DNA of 64,000 bases from contig DASPNP010000075.1 in the NCBI GenBank assembly GCA_035626475.1, positions 11,788-75,787 on the forward strand, in the 5' to 3' direction. This document shows, piece by piece, positions 17,315-25,004 of this stretch (position 1 is its first letter; each line of letters starts with the position of its first letter). The position numbers and the translations under genes were made by a program. This DNA comes from Azospirillaceae bacterium. GTDB taxonomy: Bacteria > Pseudomonadota > Alphaproteobacteria > Azospirillales > Azospirillaceae. The notes under the pieces were generated by a model that made no database searches, had not been told where the DNA came from, and saw only the letters and a list, made by a program, of their open reading frames with translations.

Positions 17315-18277
17315 ATGAGCCTCAACATCGCGATCCAGATGGACCCGATCGAGTCCATCAACATCGACAAGGACAGCAGCTTCATGATGGCCATGGAGGC
17401 GCAGAAGCGCGGCCATCGCCTCTGGCACTATCTGCCGCAGCACCTGGCCTTCCGCCATAACAGGCTGGTGGCCAAGGGCCGCGCGCTGCAGGTCCGGCGC
17501 GAATACGGCAACCACTTCACCCTGGGCGACTGGGAAACCCTGGAGTTGGCGGAGATCGACGTGGTGCTGATGCGCCAGGACCCGCCCTTCGACATGGCCT
17601 ACATCACCGCCACGCACCTGCTGGAGCACGTCCACCCCCGGACGCTGGTGGTGAACGATCCGGCCTCGGTCCGCAACGCGCCGGAGAAGCTGTTCGTCAC
17701 CCACTTCCCCGACCTGATGCCGCCGACCCTGATCACCTCGGACAAGGACGAGGTGCTGGCCTTCCGGCGCGAGTACAAGGACATCATCGTGAAGCCGCTG
17801 TTCGGCAATGGCGGCTCCGGCGTCTTCCACCTGAAGCCGGACGACGAGAATCTGGGCGCGTTGCTGGAGACCTTCACCCAGCTCTACCGCGAGCCGATCA
17901 TCGTGCAGAAGTACCTGCCGGAAATCCGCCAGGGCGACAAGCGCATCATCCTGGTCGAGGGCGAGCCCTGCGGCGGCGTCAGCCGGGTACCGCAGGCGGG
18001 CGAGGCGCGGGCCAACTTCCATGCCGGCGGCAGCGCCGCCAAGACCGAGCTGACGGCCCGCGAGCGCGACATCTGCGCCGCCATCGGCCCGGTGCTGCGG
18101 GAAAAGGGGCTGGTCTTCGTCGGCATCGACGTGATCGGCGATTATCTGACCGAGATCAACGTCACCAGCCCGACCGGCATCCAGGAGATCAACCAGCTGA
18201 ACGGCGTGGCCATCGAGGCGACGCTGATGGACGCGGTCGAGGCGCGCTTTCACGCGGGCCGCCCGGACAATCGCTGA
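17315..18277 (+). CDS. gshB: glutathione synthetase
   Basis: MSLNIAIQMDPIESINIDKDSSFMMAMEAQKRGH...IVKPLFGNGGSGVF...YLPEIRQGDKRIILVEGEP...ANFHAGG...VGIDVIGDYLTEINVTSPTG. Confidence 0.95.
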   Translation: MSLNIAIQMDPIESINIDKDSSFMMAMEAQKRGHRLWHYLPQHLAFRHNRLVAKGRALQVRREYGNHFTLGDWETLELAEIDVVLMRQDPPFDMAYITATHLLEHVHPRTLVVNDPASVRNAPEKLFVTHFPDLMPPTLITSDKDEVLAFRREYKDIIVKPLFGNGGSGVFHLKPDDENLGALLETFTQLYREPIIVQKYLPEIRQGDKRIILVEGEPCGGVSRVPQAGEARANFHAGGSAAKTELTARERDICAAIGPVLREKGLVFVGIDVIGDYLTEINVTSPTGIQEINQLNGVAIEATLMDAVEARFHAGRPDNR

Positions 18278-18421
18278 ACCGACCGCTCCGCCTAGACCGC
18301 ACGGATGGGCTAAGCCCTTATCAATATACGTAAATTCGGATACCACCCGACCGCGGCCCCAGGACCGCCCACCCCTCCCTCCCGTTATCCCTTCTGCGAA
18401 GGTGTAGCGGGAGGTTGATCC

Positions 18422-19093
18422 ATGGGGTGGATCGGGCGTGCAGCGGCAGGCGCCGCGGCGCTGGCGAGTATCATGACGACCGCTCCGGCGGGGGCGATGG
18501 AGGCGGCGCAGGGCCAGTTCCGGTTCGGCGCGCCCGAGATGGCCAAGGCGGACTCCTGGATGGCGGACGGCCGCCTGTCCAAGGCGCTGGGCCTGCGGCT
18601 CGACATGGCATGGCTGGATTTCGGGCCCGAGACGGGGCTTGATCTGGTGCGCCAGCCGGCCGGCGCGCCCGCCCTCACCTCCGGCCCGGTCCTGGACTTC
18701 TATCCCGACGGCGGCAAGTTCCGGCTCAGCGGCAGCATGCGCCTGGAGCGCCAGGCGCTAGACGACTCCGCCCGCCAGCCGGGGCTGATCGCCATGGGCG
18801 ACCGGGCCTTCCAGCCGGCGGGCCCCGGAACGATCGACCTGTCCGGCCGGTTCAACGACGTCGCCTACTATGTCGGCGTCGGCTACACCGAGAAGGTCGC
18901 CAAGCGCCTGAACCTGTTCCTGGATCTGGGCGCCGTCTATCAGGGCACCCCGGACGCGGCCGGCCTGGGCGCGTCCGCGCTGGCGCCGCCCGAAGGGATG
19001 GCGGCCCTGGACGGCACCGGCGGCAAGGACGATGTGGATGGGTTGAGGTTCAAGTTCCTGGTCATGAAGGTGACCATGAAATACCGCTTCTGA
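18422..19093 (+). CDS. hypothetical secreted protein, possibly an outer-membrane beta-barrel
   Basis: GGGAGG SD. Signal-like MGWIGRAAAGAAALASIMTTAPAGAMEA. C-terminal ...VMKVTMKYRF ends in an aromatic residue, as in many OMPs. No family recognised. Confidence 0.55.
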   Translation: MGWIGRAAAGAAALASIMTTAPAGAMEAAQGQFRFGAPEMAKADSWMADGRLSKALGLRLDMAWLDFGPETGLDLVRQPAGAPALTSGPVLDFYPDGGKFRLSGSMRLERQALDDSARQPGLIAMGDRAFQPAGPGTIDLSGRFNDVAYYVGVGYTEKVAKRLNLFLDLGAVYQGTPDAAGLGASALAPPEGMAALDGTGGKDDVDGLRFKFLVMKVTMKYRF

Positions 19094-19145
19094 CGGCCCG
19101 GAATTCGGCGGCCCGGACGGCCGCGCGCGAGAGGAGTGCGCATTC

Positions 19146-19586
19146 ATGACCCGACTGACCATCATCGCCGGCGTGGCGCTGGCATCCCTGGCGCTGTCCG
19201 GCTGCGCCACCAGGGAGCGCGACGAGGCCAAGCGCGCCCAGACCGCCCTGGTCGGCATCCCCAAGCAGCAGCTGCTGTCCTGCGCCGGCGTGCCGAACCG
19301 GACCGAGGCGTCGGGCGCGCAGGAGTTCCTGACCTACGAGTACATCGCCGGCGTGAAGCAGGGCCCCAGCACCTCCATCGGCATCGGCGGCGGCAGCGGC
19401 GGCTTCGGGCTGGGCCTGGGCCTGGGCATTCCGCTGGGCGGCGGCGGCCCGGACGGCTGCGTCGCCACCTTCACGGTCGATCAGGGGCGGGTAAGCCGTC
19501 TGGCCTATCGCGAGGACATCGGCGACCCCGCCTCGTGCTATGCCATTGTCGAGAATTGCCTAGGCACCTCGACCGGCCAAAGATGA
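19146..19586 (+). CDS. hypothetical lipoprotein
   Basis: MTRLTIIAGVALASLALSGCATRE (lipobox LSGC). Gly-rich internal segment GIGGGSGGFGLGLGLGIPLGGGG. Confidence 0.65.
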   Translation: MTRLTIIAGVALASLALSGCATRERDEAKRAQTALVGIPKQQLLSCAGVPNRTEASGAQEFLTYEYIAGVKQGPSTSIGIGGGSGGFGLGLGLGIPLGGGGPDGCVATFTVDQGRVSRLAYREDIGDPASCYAIVENCLGTSTGQR

Positions 19587-19675
19587 CCTCCGTCAGGGGC
19601 TGGGAACCCGTGCGCCGCCGTGGCGTTGGACCGGATGGCAACAGTTCGACAGCATACGGACCCGAGGACCTGATC

Positions 19676-19840
19676 ATGGCCAGCGAGCGCAAGACCGGAC
19701 AGAACCAGACCGGCCAGAACGACAGCAGCGGTTCGGACCGCGACGCGGAGCGGATCCGCCGCCAGACCGAGCGCATCCGCGAGATGGAGCGGCTGATGCG
19801 CGCCGCCGCCGCCTTCGCCCGCGGCCGGTCGGCCGGCTGA
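19676..19840 (+). CDS. hypothetical small protein (54 aa)
   Basis: In-frame ATG inside ORF 19136..19840, 7 nt after GAGGA. MASERKTGQNQTGQNDSSGSDRDAERIRRQTERIREMERLMRAAAAFARGRSAG. Weak support. Confidence 0.3.
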   Translation: MASERKTGQNQTGQNDSSGSDRDAERIRRQTERIREMERLMRAAAAFARGRSAG

Positions 19841-19933
19841 GGAAGCCGCTCGCGCATTCCTTCCGGGCAGGGTAAAGGAAGCGGCGGTCGCGTCCGCCGC
19901 ATTCCCGCCACCTTGGAGGAGCATCCTGCCCCT

Positions 19934-20587
19934 ATGACACGCTCCATCCTCCCGGCCCTGCTCATGGCATTGGGCCTGTCCCTGGCGGGCACCGCCGCCC
20001 TTCCCCCTCCCGCGCAGGCCGCGGCCAAGCAGGCCGCGCTGACGGATGCCGACCGGGCCGATCTGGCCCGGGTCGAGGACTATCTGCGCGGCGTCGAGAC
20101 CATGCGCTCGAAGTTCCTGCAGGTGGTGGAGAGCGGCGAGACGGTGCAGGGCACCTTCTATCTCAGCCGTCCCGGCCGCATGCGGATCGACTACGATCCG
20201 CCGGTGCAGAACTTCATCGTGGCCGACGGGAAGTTCGTGTTCTTCTGGGACGCGGAGCTGAAGCAGCAGTCCAACGCGCCCATCGGCAGCACGCTCGCCG
20301 ACTTCATCCTGCGCCCCGACCTGAAGCTCGCCGGCGACGTCACCGTCACGGATGTCGAACGGCAGGCCGGCGTGCTTGAGGTGACGCTGGTCCAGACCAA
20401 GGACCCGGGCCTCGGCCGCCTGACCCTGGTGTTCGAGGACCAGCCGCTGCGCCTGCGCAAATGGCGCGTGGTCGACGCCCAGAACCAGACCACCGAGGTG
20501 GCGCTGCTGAACCCCGAGGCCGGCGTCCCGCTGAAGGACGAACTCTTCTACTTCCGCGAGCCGCAGACCCGGCGCAAGCGGGACTGA
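19934..20587 (+). CDS. LolA-like outer-membrane lipoprotein carrier family protein
   Basis: Signal peptide MTRSILPALLMALGLSLAGTAA, then MRSKFLQVVESGETVQGTFYLSRPGRMRIDYDPPVQNFIVADGKFVFFWD. Confidence 0.7.
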   Translation: MTRSILPALLMALGLSLAGTAALPPPAQAAAKQAALTDADRADLARVEDYLRGVETMRSKFLQVVESGETVQGTFYLSRPGRMRIDYDPPVQNFIVADGKFVFFWDAELKQQSNAPIGSTLADFILRPDLKLAGDVTVTDVERQAGVLEVTLVQTKDPGLGRLTLVFEDQPLRLRKWRVVDAQNQTTEVALLNPEAGVPLKDELFYFREPQTRRKRD

Positions 20588-20592
20588 CGACC

Positions 20593-21300
20593 ATGACCCC
20601 CGAGGAGATCCAGGCGCGCGTCCTGCACCGGGACGGGCTGGTGCTGATCATCGACAAGCCGGCCGGCCTGCCCGTCCATGCGGGCCCCGGCGGCGGCGAC
20701 AATCTGGAACGCCATTTCGATGCGCTGCGCTTCGGCCTGCCGCGCCCGCCGGCGCTGGGCCACCGGCTGGACCGCGACACCAGCGGTTGCCTGGTGCTGG
20801 GCCGCCACCCCAAGGCGCTGCGCAAGCTGGGCATCCTGTTCCAGGAGGGGCGCGCGGCCAAGACCTACTGGGCCGTCGTCCAGGGCGGGCCGGAGGGCGA
20901 GAGCGGCACGATCGACCAGCCGCTGGCCAAGATCTCCAACGCCAAGGGCTGGCGGATGGAGGTGCGCGAGGACGGCCAGCGCTCCGTCACCGACTGGCGC
21001 GTCATGGGCCGCGGCGACGGGCTGACCTGGCTGGAGCTGAATCCGCGCACCGGCCGCACGCACCAGATCCGTGTCCATTGCGCCTGGATGGGCTGCCCGC
21101 TGCTGGGCGATCCTCAATACGGCGCCCAACAGGGTGTGGCCCGGGCGGGCGGTACGCCGATGCAGCTGCATTCCCGGTCGCTCACCCTGCCGCTGCAATC
21201 CTCCAAGCCGCCCGTCTCCGCCACCGCCCCGGTGCCGCCGCACATGCGGGCGGCGTTGCAGGCCTGCGGCTGGGCCGGCGAACCGCCGCCGGACTATTGA
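20593..21300 (+). CDS. RluA-family pseudouridine synthase
   Basis: LIIDKPAGLPVH, LGHRLDRDTSGCLVLG, GRTHQIRVHC. ATG 20593 within ORF 20461..21300. Confidence 0.85.
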   Translation: MTPEEIQARVLHRDGLVLIIDKPAGLPVHAGPGGGDNLERHFDALRFGLPRPPALGHRLDRDTSGCLVLGRHPKALRKLGILFQEGRAAKTYWAVVQGGPEGESGTIDQPLAKISNAKGWRMEVREDGQRSVTDWRVMGRGDGLTWLELNPRTGRTHQIRVHCAWMGCPLLGDPQYGAQQGVARAGGTPMQLHSRSLTLPLQSSKPPVSATAPVPPHMRAALQACGWAGEPPPDY

Positions 21301-21379
21301 GCACCGGCGGCTAACTCGGCCTATTGACCTTCCACCTGCTGGAAACTGGAAGCTTCCTCCACCGACCAAGGAGGACTCC

Positions 21380-21967
21380 ATGCCCGACCCCGTCCTGATG
21401 CCGTCATTGCTGGCAGTGACGGCCCTGCTGTTCGCCCTGTTCAGCGCCCGCGTGCGGCGCGGCGGCGTCACCGTCTGGGCTTGGACGGCGGAGGACCCGG
21501 TGCAGGGCGCCACGGCGGCCGCCTTCCGCTTGGCCGGCTTCCTGATCCTGGCTCAGGCCGCCCTGCTGGGCTGGCGGCCGGAGTGGGAGCCGCTGCTGGG
21601 CGGCGTTCCGGGCTACGACACACGGGCCGTACGTCTCGCGGCGCTGGCTATCGGTACGGCAGGCGCCCTGGTCATGCTGGGCTCGCAGCTCTGGATGGGC
21701 CGCTCCTGGCGGATCGGCGTGCCGGACCGACCGGGTGAGCTCGTCACCGGCGGCCCCTTCCGCTTCTCCCGCAACCCGGTCTTCCTGGGCATGGGCCTTG
21801 TGCTGGCGGGCGTTTTCCTGTGGTGGCCAACCATCGTCTCCGGCATCGCCGCCGCCCTCTGGCAGCTCTCGGTGGCGATCCAGGTCCGGCTGGAGGAGCG
21901 CGCGCTGGAAGGCGCGTACGGCGAGGCGTACAGGGCTTACCGGGCGCGCGTCCGGCGGTGGATCTAG
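21380..21967 (+). CDS. isoprenylcysteine carboxyl methyltransferase (ICMT/PEMT)-family membrane methyltransferase
   Basis: AAGGAGGA SD. Multi-TM protein with LVTGGPFRFSRNPVFLGMGL and a C-terminal EERALEGAYGEAYRAYRARVRRWI. Confidence 0.7.
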   Translation: MPDPVLMPSLLAVTALLFALFSARVRRGGVTVWAWTAEDPVQGATAAAFRLAGFLILAQAALLGWRPEWEPLLGGVPGYDTRAVRLAALAIGTAGALVMLGSQLWMGRSWRIGVPDRPGELVTGGPFRFSRNPVFLGMGLVLAGVFLWWPTIVSGIAAALWQLSVAIQVRLEERALEGAYGEAYRAYRARVRRWI

Positions 21968-23502
21968 GCGAGCGCGTCGAGAAACTCCTCCGCCCACTGC
22001 TTCAGCGCCGTACGCCGCTCCCCGGGCATCGCCGCCAGCTGCTTCAGCATGATCCCCATGCGGGGGTTGGACGAGAGCAGCCGCTCGTGGCGCATCAGGA
22101 AGGCCCAGTAGAGGGCGTTCATCGGGCAGGCGTCGGGGCCGACGGCCTGGGTCACGTCGTAGCGGCAGGTCCTGCAATAGTCGGACATGCGGTCGATGTA
22201 GCGGCCGCTGGCGGCGTAGGGTTTGGAGGCCATGACCCCGCCGTCGGCGAACAGCGCCATGCCGTGGGTGTTGGGCAGTTCCACCCATTCCACCGCGTCG
22301 GCATAGACGGCCAAGTACCATTCCCCCACCTCCTGCGGCCGCAAGCCCGCCAGCAGGGCGAAGTTGCCGGTCACCATCAGGCGCTGGATGTGGTGGGCGT
22401 AGGCGGTGCGCCTGGTCTGGCCGATCACCCGGGCGAGACAGTTCAGGTCGGTCTCGCCGGTCCAGTAGAAGCTCGGCAGCGGCCGGTCGGCGCCCAGCGC
22501 GTTGGTCGCGGCGTAGCCCGGCATGCGCAGCCAGTAGAGCCCGCGCACATATTCCCGCCAGCCCAGGATCTGCCGCACGAAGCCTTCGACCGCATTCAGC
22601 GGCGCCCGCCCGGCCCGCCATTCGCCCTCCGCCGCCCGGCAGACCTCAAGCGGGTCCAGCAGCCCGACATTCAGGTACTGGGCGATGACCGAATGGAACA
22701 GCGTGTCGTCGCCCTGGCGCATGGCGTCCTGGAAGTCGCCGAACCAGGGCAGCCCCTGGCGCAGGAACCGCTCGAGAGCCCTCAGCGCGCCTGCCCGGTC
22801 CACCGCGAAGCCGAAGGGCTCCAGGTCGCCGAACCCATCGGGGAAGCGGCGCGCCACCAGCTCCAGCACCTCGCGGGTGACGGCGTCGGGCTCCTCGGCG
22901 AAAGGTTCGGGCACCGGCAGCAGGGGCGGCAGGCTCTTGCGGTTCTCCGGGTCGAAGTTCCAGCGGCCGCCCGCGGGTTGTTCACCCCTCTGGCCGTCCG
23001 GCTCCATCAGCAGCCCGGTCTCCCGCCGCATCTCGCGGTAGAAGAATTCCATGCGCAGCTGACGCCGGCCCCCGGCGAAGCGCTCGAACCGGTCGCGCGA
23101 GCAGATGAAGCGGTTATCCTCGCGGATCTCCACCGGCACGCCGGCGGCCTCGCCCCAGCCGCGCATCGCCTGCAGCACCCGCCATTCGCCCGGAAAGGTG
23201 GCGACCACGCGCTCCGCCCCGTGCCGCAGCACCGCCCTGGCGACCTCGCCCGCCAGCGAGCCGCTGTTGCTGGGATCATCGAGCCGGACGTAATCGACCG
23301 CGATGCCCTCGGCCCTGAGCTCGTCCGCGAAGTGGCGCATGGCCGAGAGGAAGAAGGCGATCTTCTTGCGGTGGTGGGGGACATAGCCCGTCTCCTCCGC
23401 CACCTCCGCCATGAGGACCACGTCGCGCGCCGGGTCGAGGTCCGCCAGCGCGGCGATCCCCCGGCTGAGCTGGTCGCCCAGCACCACGCGCACCATCTTC
23501 AT
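21964..23502 (-). CDS. cryptochrome/photolyase-family protein of the FeS-BCP type (PhrB/CryB-like, candidate (6-4) photolyase)
   Basis: MKMVRVVLGDQLSRGIAALADLD...HHRKKIAFFLSAMRHFADELRAEG...AYAHHIQRLMVTGNFALLAG. Cys pattern NCL...DYCRTCRYDVTQAVGPDAC (C-x2-C-x12-C plus an upstream Cys) fits the 4Fe-4S ligands of this subfamily. Confidence 0.85.
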   Translation of the reverse strand: MKMVRVVLGDQLSRGIAALADLDPARDVVLMAEVAEETGYVPHHRKKIAFFLSAMRHFADELRAEGIAVDYVRLDDPSNSGSLAGEVARAVLRHGAERVVATFPGEWRVLQAMRGWGEAAGVPVEIREDNRFICSRDRFERFAGGRRQLRMEFFYREMRRETGLLMEPDGQRGEQPAGGRWNFDPENRKSLPPLLPVPEPFAEEPDAVTREVLELVARRFPDGFGDLEPFGFAVDRAGALRALERFLRQGLPWFGDFQDAMRQGDDTLFHSVIAQYLNVGLLDPLEVCRAAEGEWRAGRAPLNAVEGFVRQILGWREYVRGLYWLRMPGYAATNALGADRPLPSFYWTGETDLNCLARVIGQTRRTAYAHHIQRLMVTGNFALLAGLRPQEVGEWYLAVYADAVEWVELPNTHGMALFADGGVMASKPYAASGRYIDRMSDYCRTCRYDVTQAVGPDACPMNALYWAFLMRHERLLSSNPRMGIMLKQLAAMPGERRTALKQWAEEFLDALA

Positions 23503-23564
23503 GACCCGGCTCCGGACTACCCCTTTGGAGCCAAGGAGATGGAGCGAGGGCCGTGCCCGGAAAG

Positions 23565-23717
23565 ATGCGGCGGAAAGGCGACCTGCCGACCAAGGATTGC
23601 GCCACCTGCGGCCGGCCCTTCGCCTGGCGCAAGAAGTGGGAGCGGGTCTGGGACGAGGTGCGCCACTGCTCCGACGCCTGCCGGAAGCGGCGGAATGCCG
23701 AGAAAGCGCAGGGTTAA
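23565..23717 (+). CDS. DUF2256-like small zinc-binding protein (50 aa)
   Basis: Not in the ORF track (under 60 aa). Manual translation gives MRRKGDLPTKDCATCGRPFAWRKKWERVWDEVRHCSDACRKRRNAEKAQG with TAA at 23715-23717. An in-frame GTG at 23553 after GGAG is an alternative start. Confidence 0.7.
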   Translation: MRRKGDLPTKDCATCGRPFAWRKKWERVWDEVRHCSDACRKRRNAEKAQG

Positions 23718-23733
23718 CGCCATCGGCTTAGCT

Positions 23734-23890
23734 GGCAGCGTTGCCGGGGTGCGTGCTTCGACCGGCTCAGCATGAGGGGGTTTTGCTGCTCCCGGCCAAG
23801 CTTGTGCAGACGAGAACCGCAAGTGTCTGGCGTACCCCGTTCCTCATCCTGAGCTTGTCGAAGGACGCACGACGCTTCAGCTCCCTGGGG
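23734..23890. repeat. intergenic long-hairpin repeat, family A, copy 1
   Basis: Left arm GTGCGTGCTTCGACCGGCTCAGCATGAGGG (23749-23779) and right arm CCTCATCCTGAGCTTGTCGAAGGACGCAC (23842-23870) are near reverse complements. Shares the GCGTTGCC left end, the TGCTGCTCCCGGCC core and the right end with copies at 31103 and 38483. Confidence 0.85.
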
Positions 23891-23899
23891 CCAGCAACC

Positions 23900-24199
23900 T
23901 CAGGGCGTCAGCGGCTCCAGGCCGATGCGCTCGCGCACCACGGCGCCCTCGGGCAGGCTGTCGGCCAGCGCACGCCAGGCGAGGAAGTGCGGCGTGCGGC
24001 GGTGGGACTCCAGCGCCGCTTCGCTCTCGAACACTTCCCACAGGTAGAGCAGGGTCGGGTCGGTCTCGTCGGCGGCCAGGTCGAAGCGGAGGCAGCCCGG
24101 CTCATTGCGGCTGCCGGCGACATTGGCCAGCTGGACGGCGATGACGCGATCGCGGAAATCAGGCTGAACGCGGAGGCGGATCAGCTGCGCGACCGGCAT
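23900..24199 (-). CDS. antibiotic-biosynthesis-monooxygenase (ABM) family protein / putative quinol monooxygenase
   Basis: MPVAQLIRLRVQPDFRDRVIAVQLANVAGSRNEPGCLRFDLAADETDPTLLYLWEVFESEAALESHRRTPHFLAW. The longer track ORF (to 24358) would overlap tRNA-Ser. Confidence 0.75.
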   Translation of the reverse strand: MPVAQLIRLRVQPDFRDRVIAVQLANVAGSRNEPGCLRFDLAADETDPTLLYLWEVFESEAALESHRRTPHFLAWRALADSLPEGAVVRERIGLEPLTP

Positions 24200-24228
24200 G
24201 GGCTCACGCCCCGATGGATTGGGAAGAA

Positions 24229-24319
24229 TGGCGGAGGGGATGGGATTCGAACCCACGATACGGTTTTGCCGTATACCCGCTTTCCAGGCGAGCGCCTTCA
24301 ACCACTCGGCCACCCCTCC
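24229..24319 (-). tRNA. tRNA-Ser (anticodon GGA)
   Basis: The reverse complement GGAGGGGTGGCCGAGTGGTTGAAGGCGCTCGCCTGGAAAGCGGGTATACGGCAAAACCGTATCGTGGGTTCGAATCCCATCCCCTCCGCCA has anticodon loop CTGGAAA, a long variable arm and a GGTTCGAATCC T-loop. 91 nt with CCA. Confidence 0.9.
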
Positions 24320-24373
24320 GCTGGAACGGCCGGCACCATATAGGGGCGCCGCCGCCACTGCAAGCGCTGTCTG

Positions 24374-25003
24374 TCAGCCCCTGGGCGGGGCGGAATGGCC
24401 GGCCAGGAACAGGCGCACGCAGCCCTCCGCCCGCCGCTGCCGGCCGTCGGCGTCCAGCCGCTCGCCGATGCCCAGCGCCATGCGCAGCTGCATGTGTCCG
24501 TTCAGCATGCCGAAGAACTGCTCGGCGGCCAGCAGCGGCTCGGGCACGCTCAGCCGCCCGCCCGCATCCTGGGCCGCGAGGTAATCCGCCAGCCGGCGCA
24601 GCGCGCTGCCGGGGCCGGTGCGGTAGAAGTCGGTGGCGAGGCCGGGGAACTGCGGCGCCGCGGCCACCAGCACCCGCAGCATCAGGCCGTAATCCTCAAG
24701 CTGCAGCAGGTCGAGGAAGTTCAGCGCCACCCGGGTCAGCACACCCTCCACCGGCTCGTCCGGCGAGGGGTGCAGCAGCGGCGCGGTCATGCGATCGCAG
24801 CGCTCGCGCACGATCTCGTGGAACAGCGCCTCCTTGCCGGCGAAATGCTTGTAGATGGTCTGCTTGGACACACCCGCCTCGGCGGCGATCAGGTCCATGG
24901 AGGCGCCATAGCCATCACGCATGAAGACGCGCTGGGCACCGGCCAGGATGGCGGCGCGCTTCTCGGGATCGGGCGGGCGGCCGACGCGCTTGGCGAGTTC
25001 CAT
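24374..25003 (-). CDS. TetR/AcrR-family transcriptional regulator
   Basis: MELAKRVGRPPDPEKRAAILAGAQRVFMRDGYGASMDLIAAEAGVSKQTIYKHFAGKEALF. Starts 1 nt after the emrB stop, so it is the last gene of the efflux operon. Confidence 0.9.
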   Translation of the reverse strand: MELAKRVGRPPDPEKRAAILAGAQRVFMRDGYGASMDLIAAEAGVSKQTIYKHFAGKEALFHEIVRERCDRMTAPLLHPSPDEPVEGVLTRVALNFLDLLQLEDYGLMLRVLVAAAPQFPGLATDFYRTGPGSALRRLADYLAAQDAGGRLSVPEPLLAAEQFFGMLNGHMQLRMALGIGERLDADGRQRRAEGCVRLFLAGHSAPPRG

Positions 25004-25004
25004 C

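Noticed and set aside
16370-18346. 658-aa minus-strand ORF covering the SirB1-like gene and gshB
   Set aside because: Shadow ORF. The plus-strand frames give an unmistakable glutathione synthetase and a transglutaminase/TPR protein.
21404-23775. ORFs 21404..22621 (-) and 21820..23775 (+) over the ICMT-like and photolyase genes
   Set aside because: No motifs and skewed composition. The 21820 ORF also runs through the intergenic repeat (ending ...GVRASTGSA), which is the repeat read as protein.
23900-24358. 152-aa version of the ABM-family ORF
   Set aside because: The N-terminal 53 codons overlap tRNA-Ser(GGA) (24229-24319). The conserved ABM domain starts at the internal ATG 24199.
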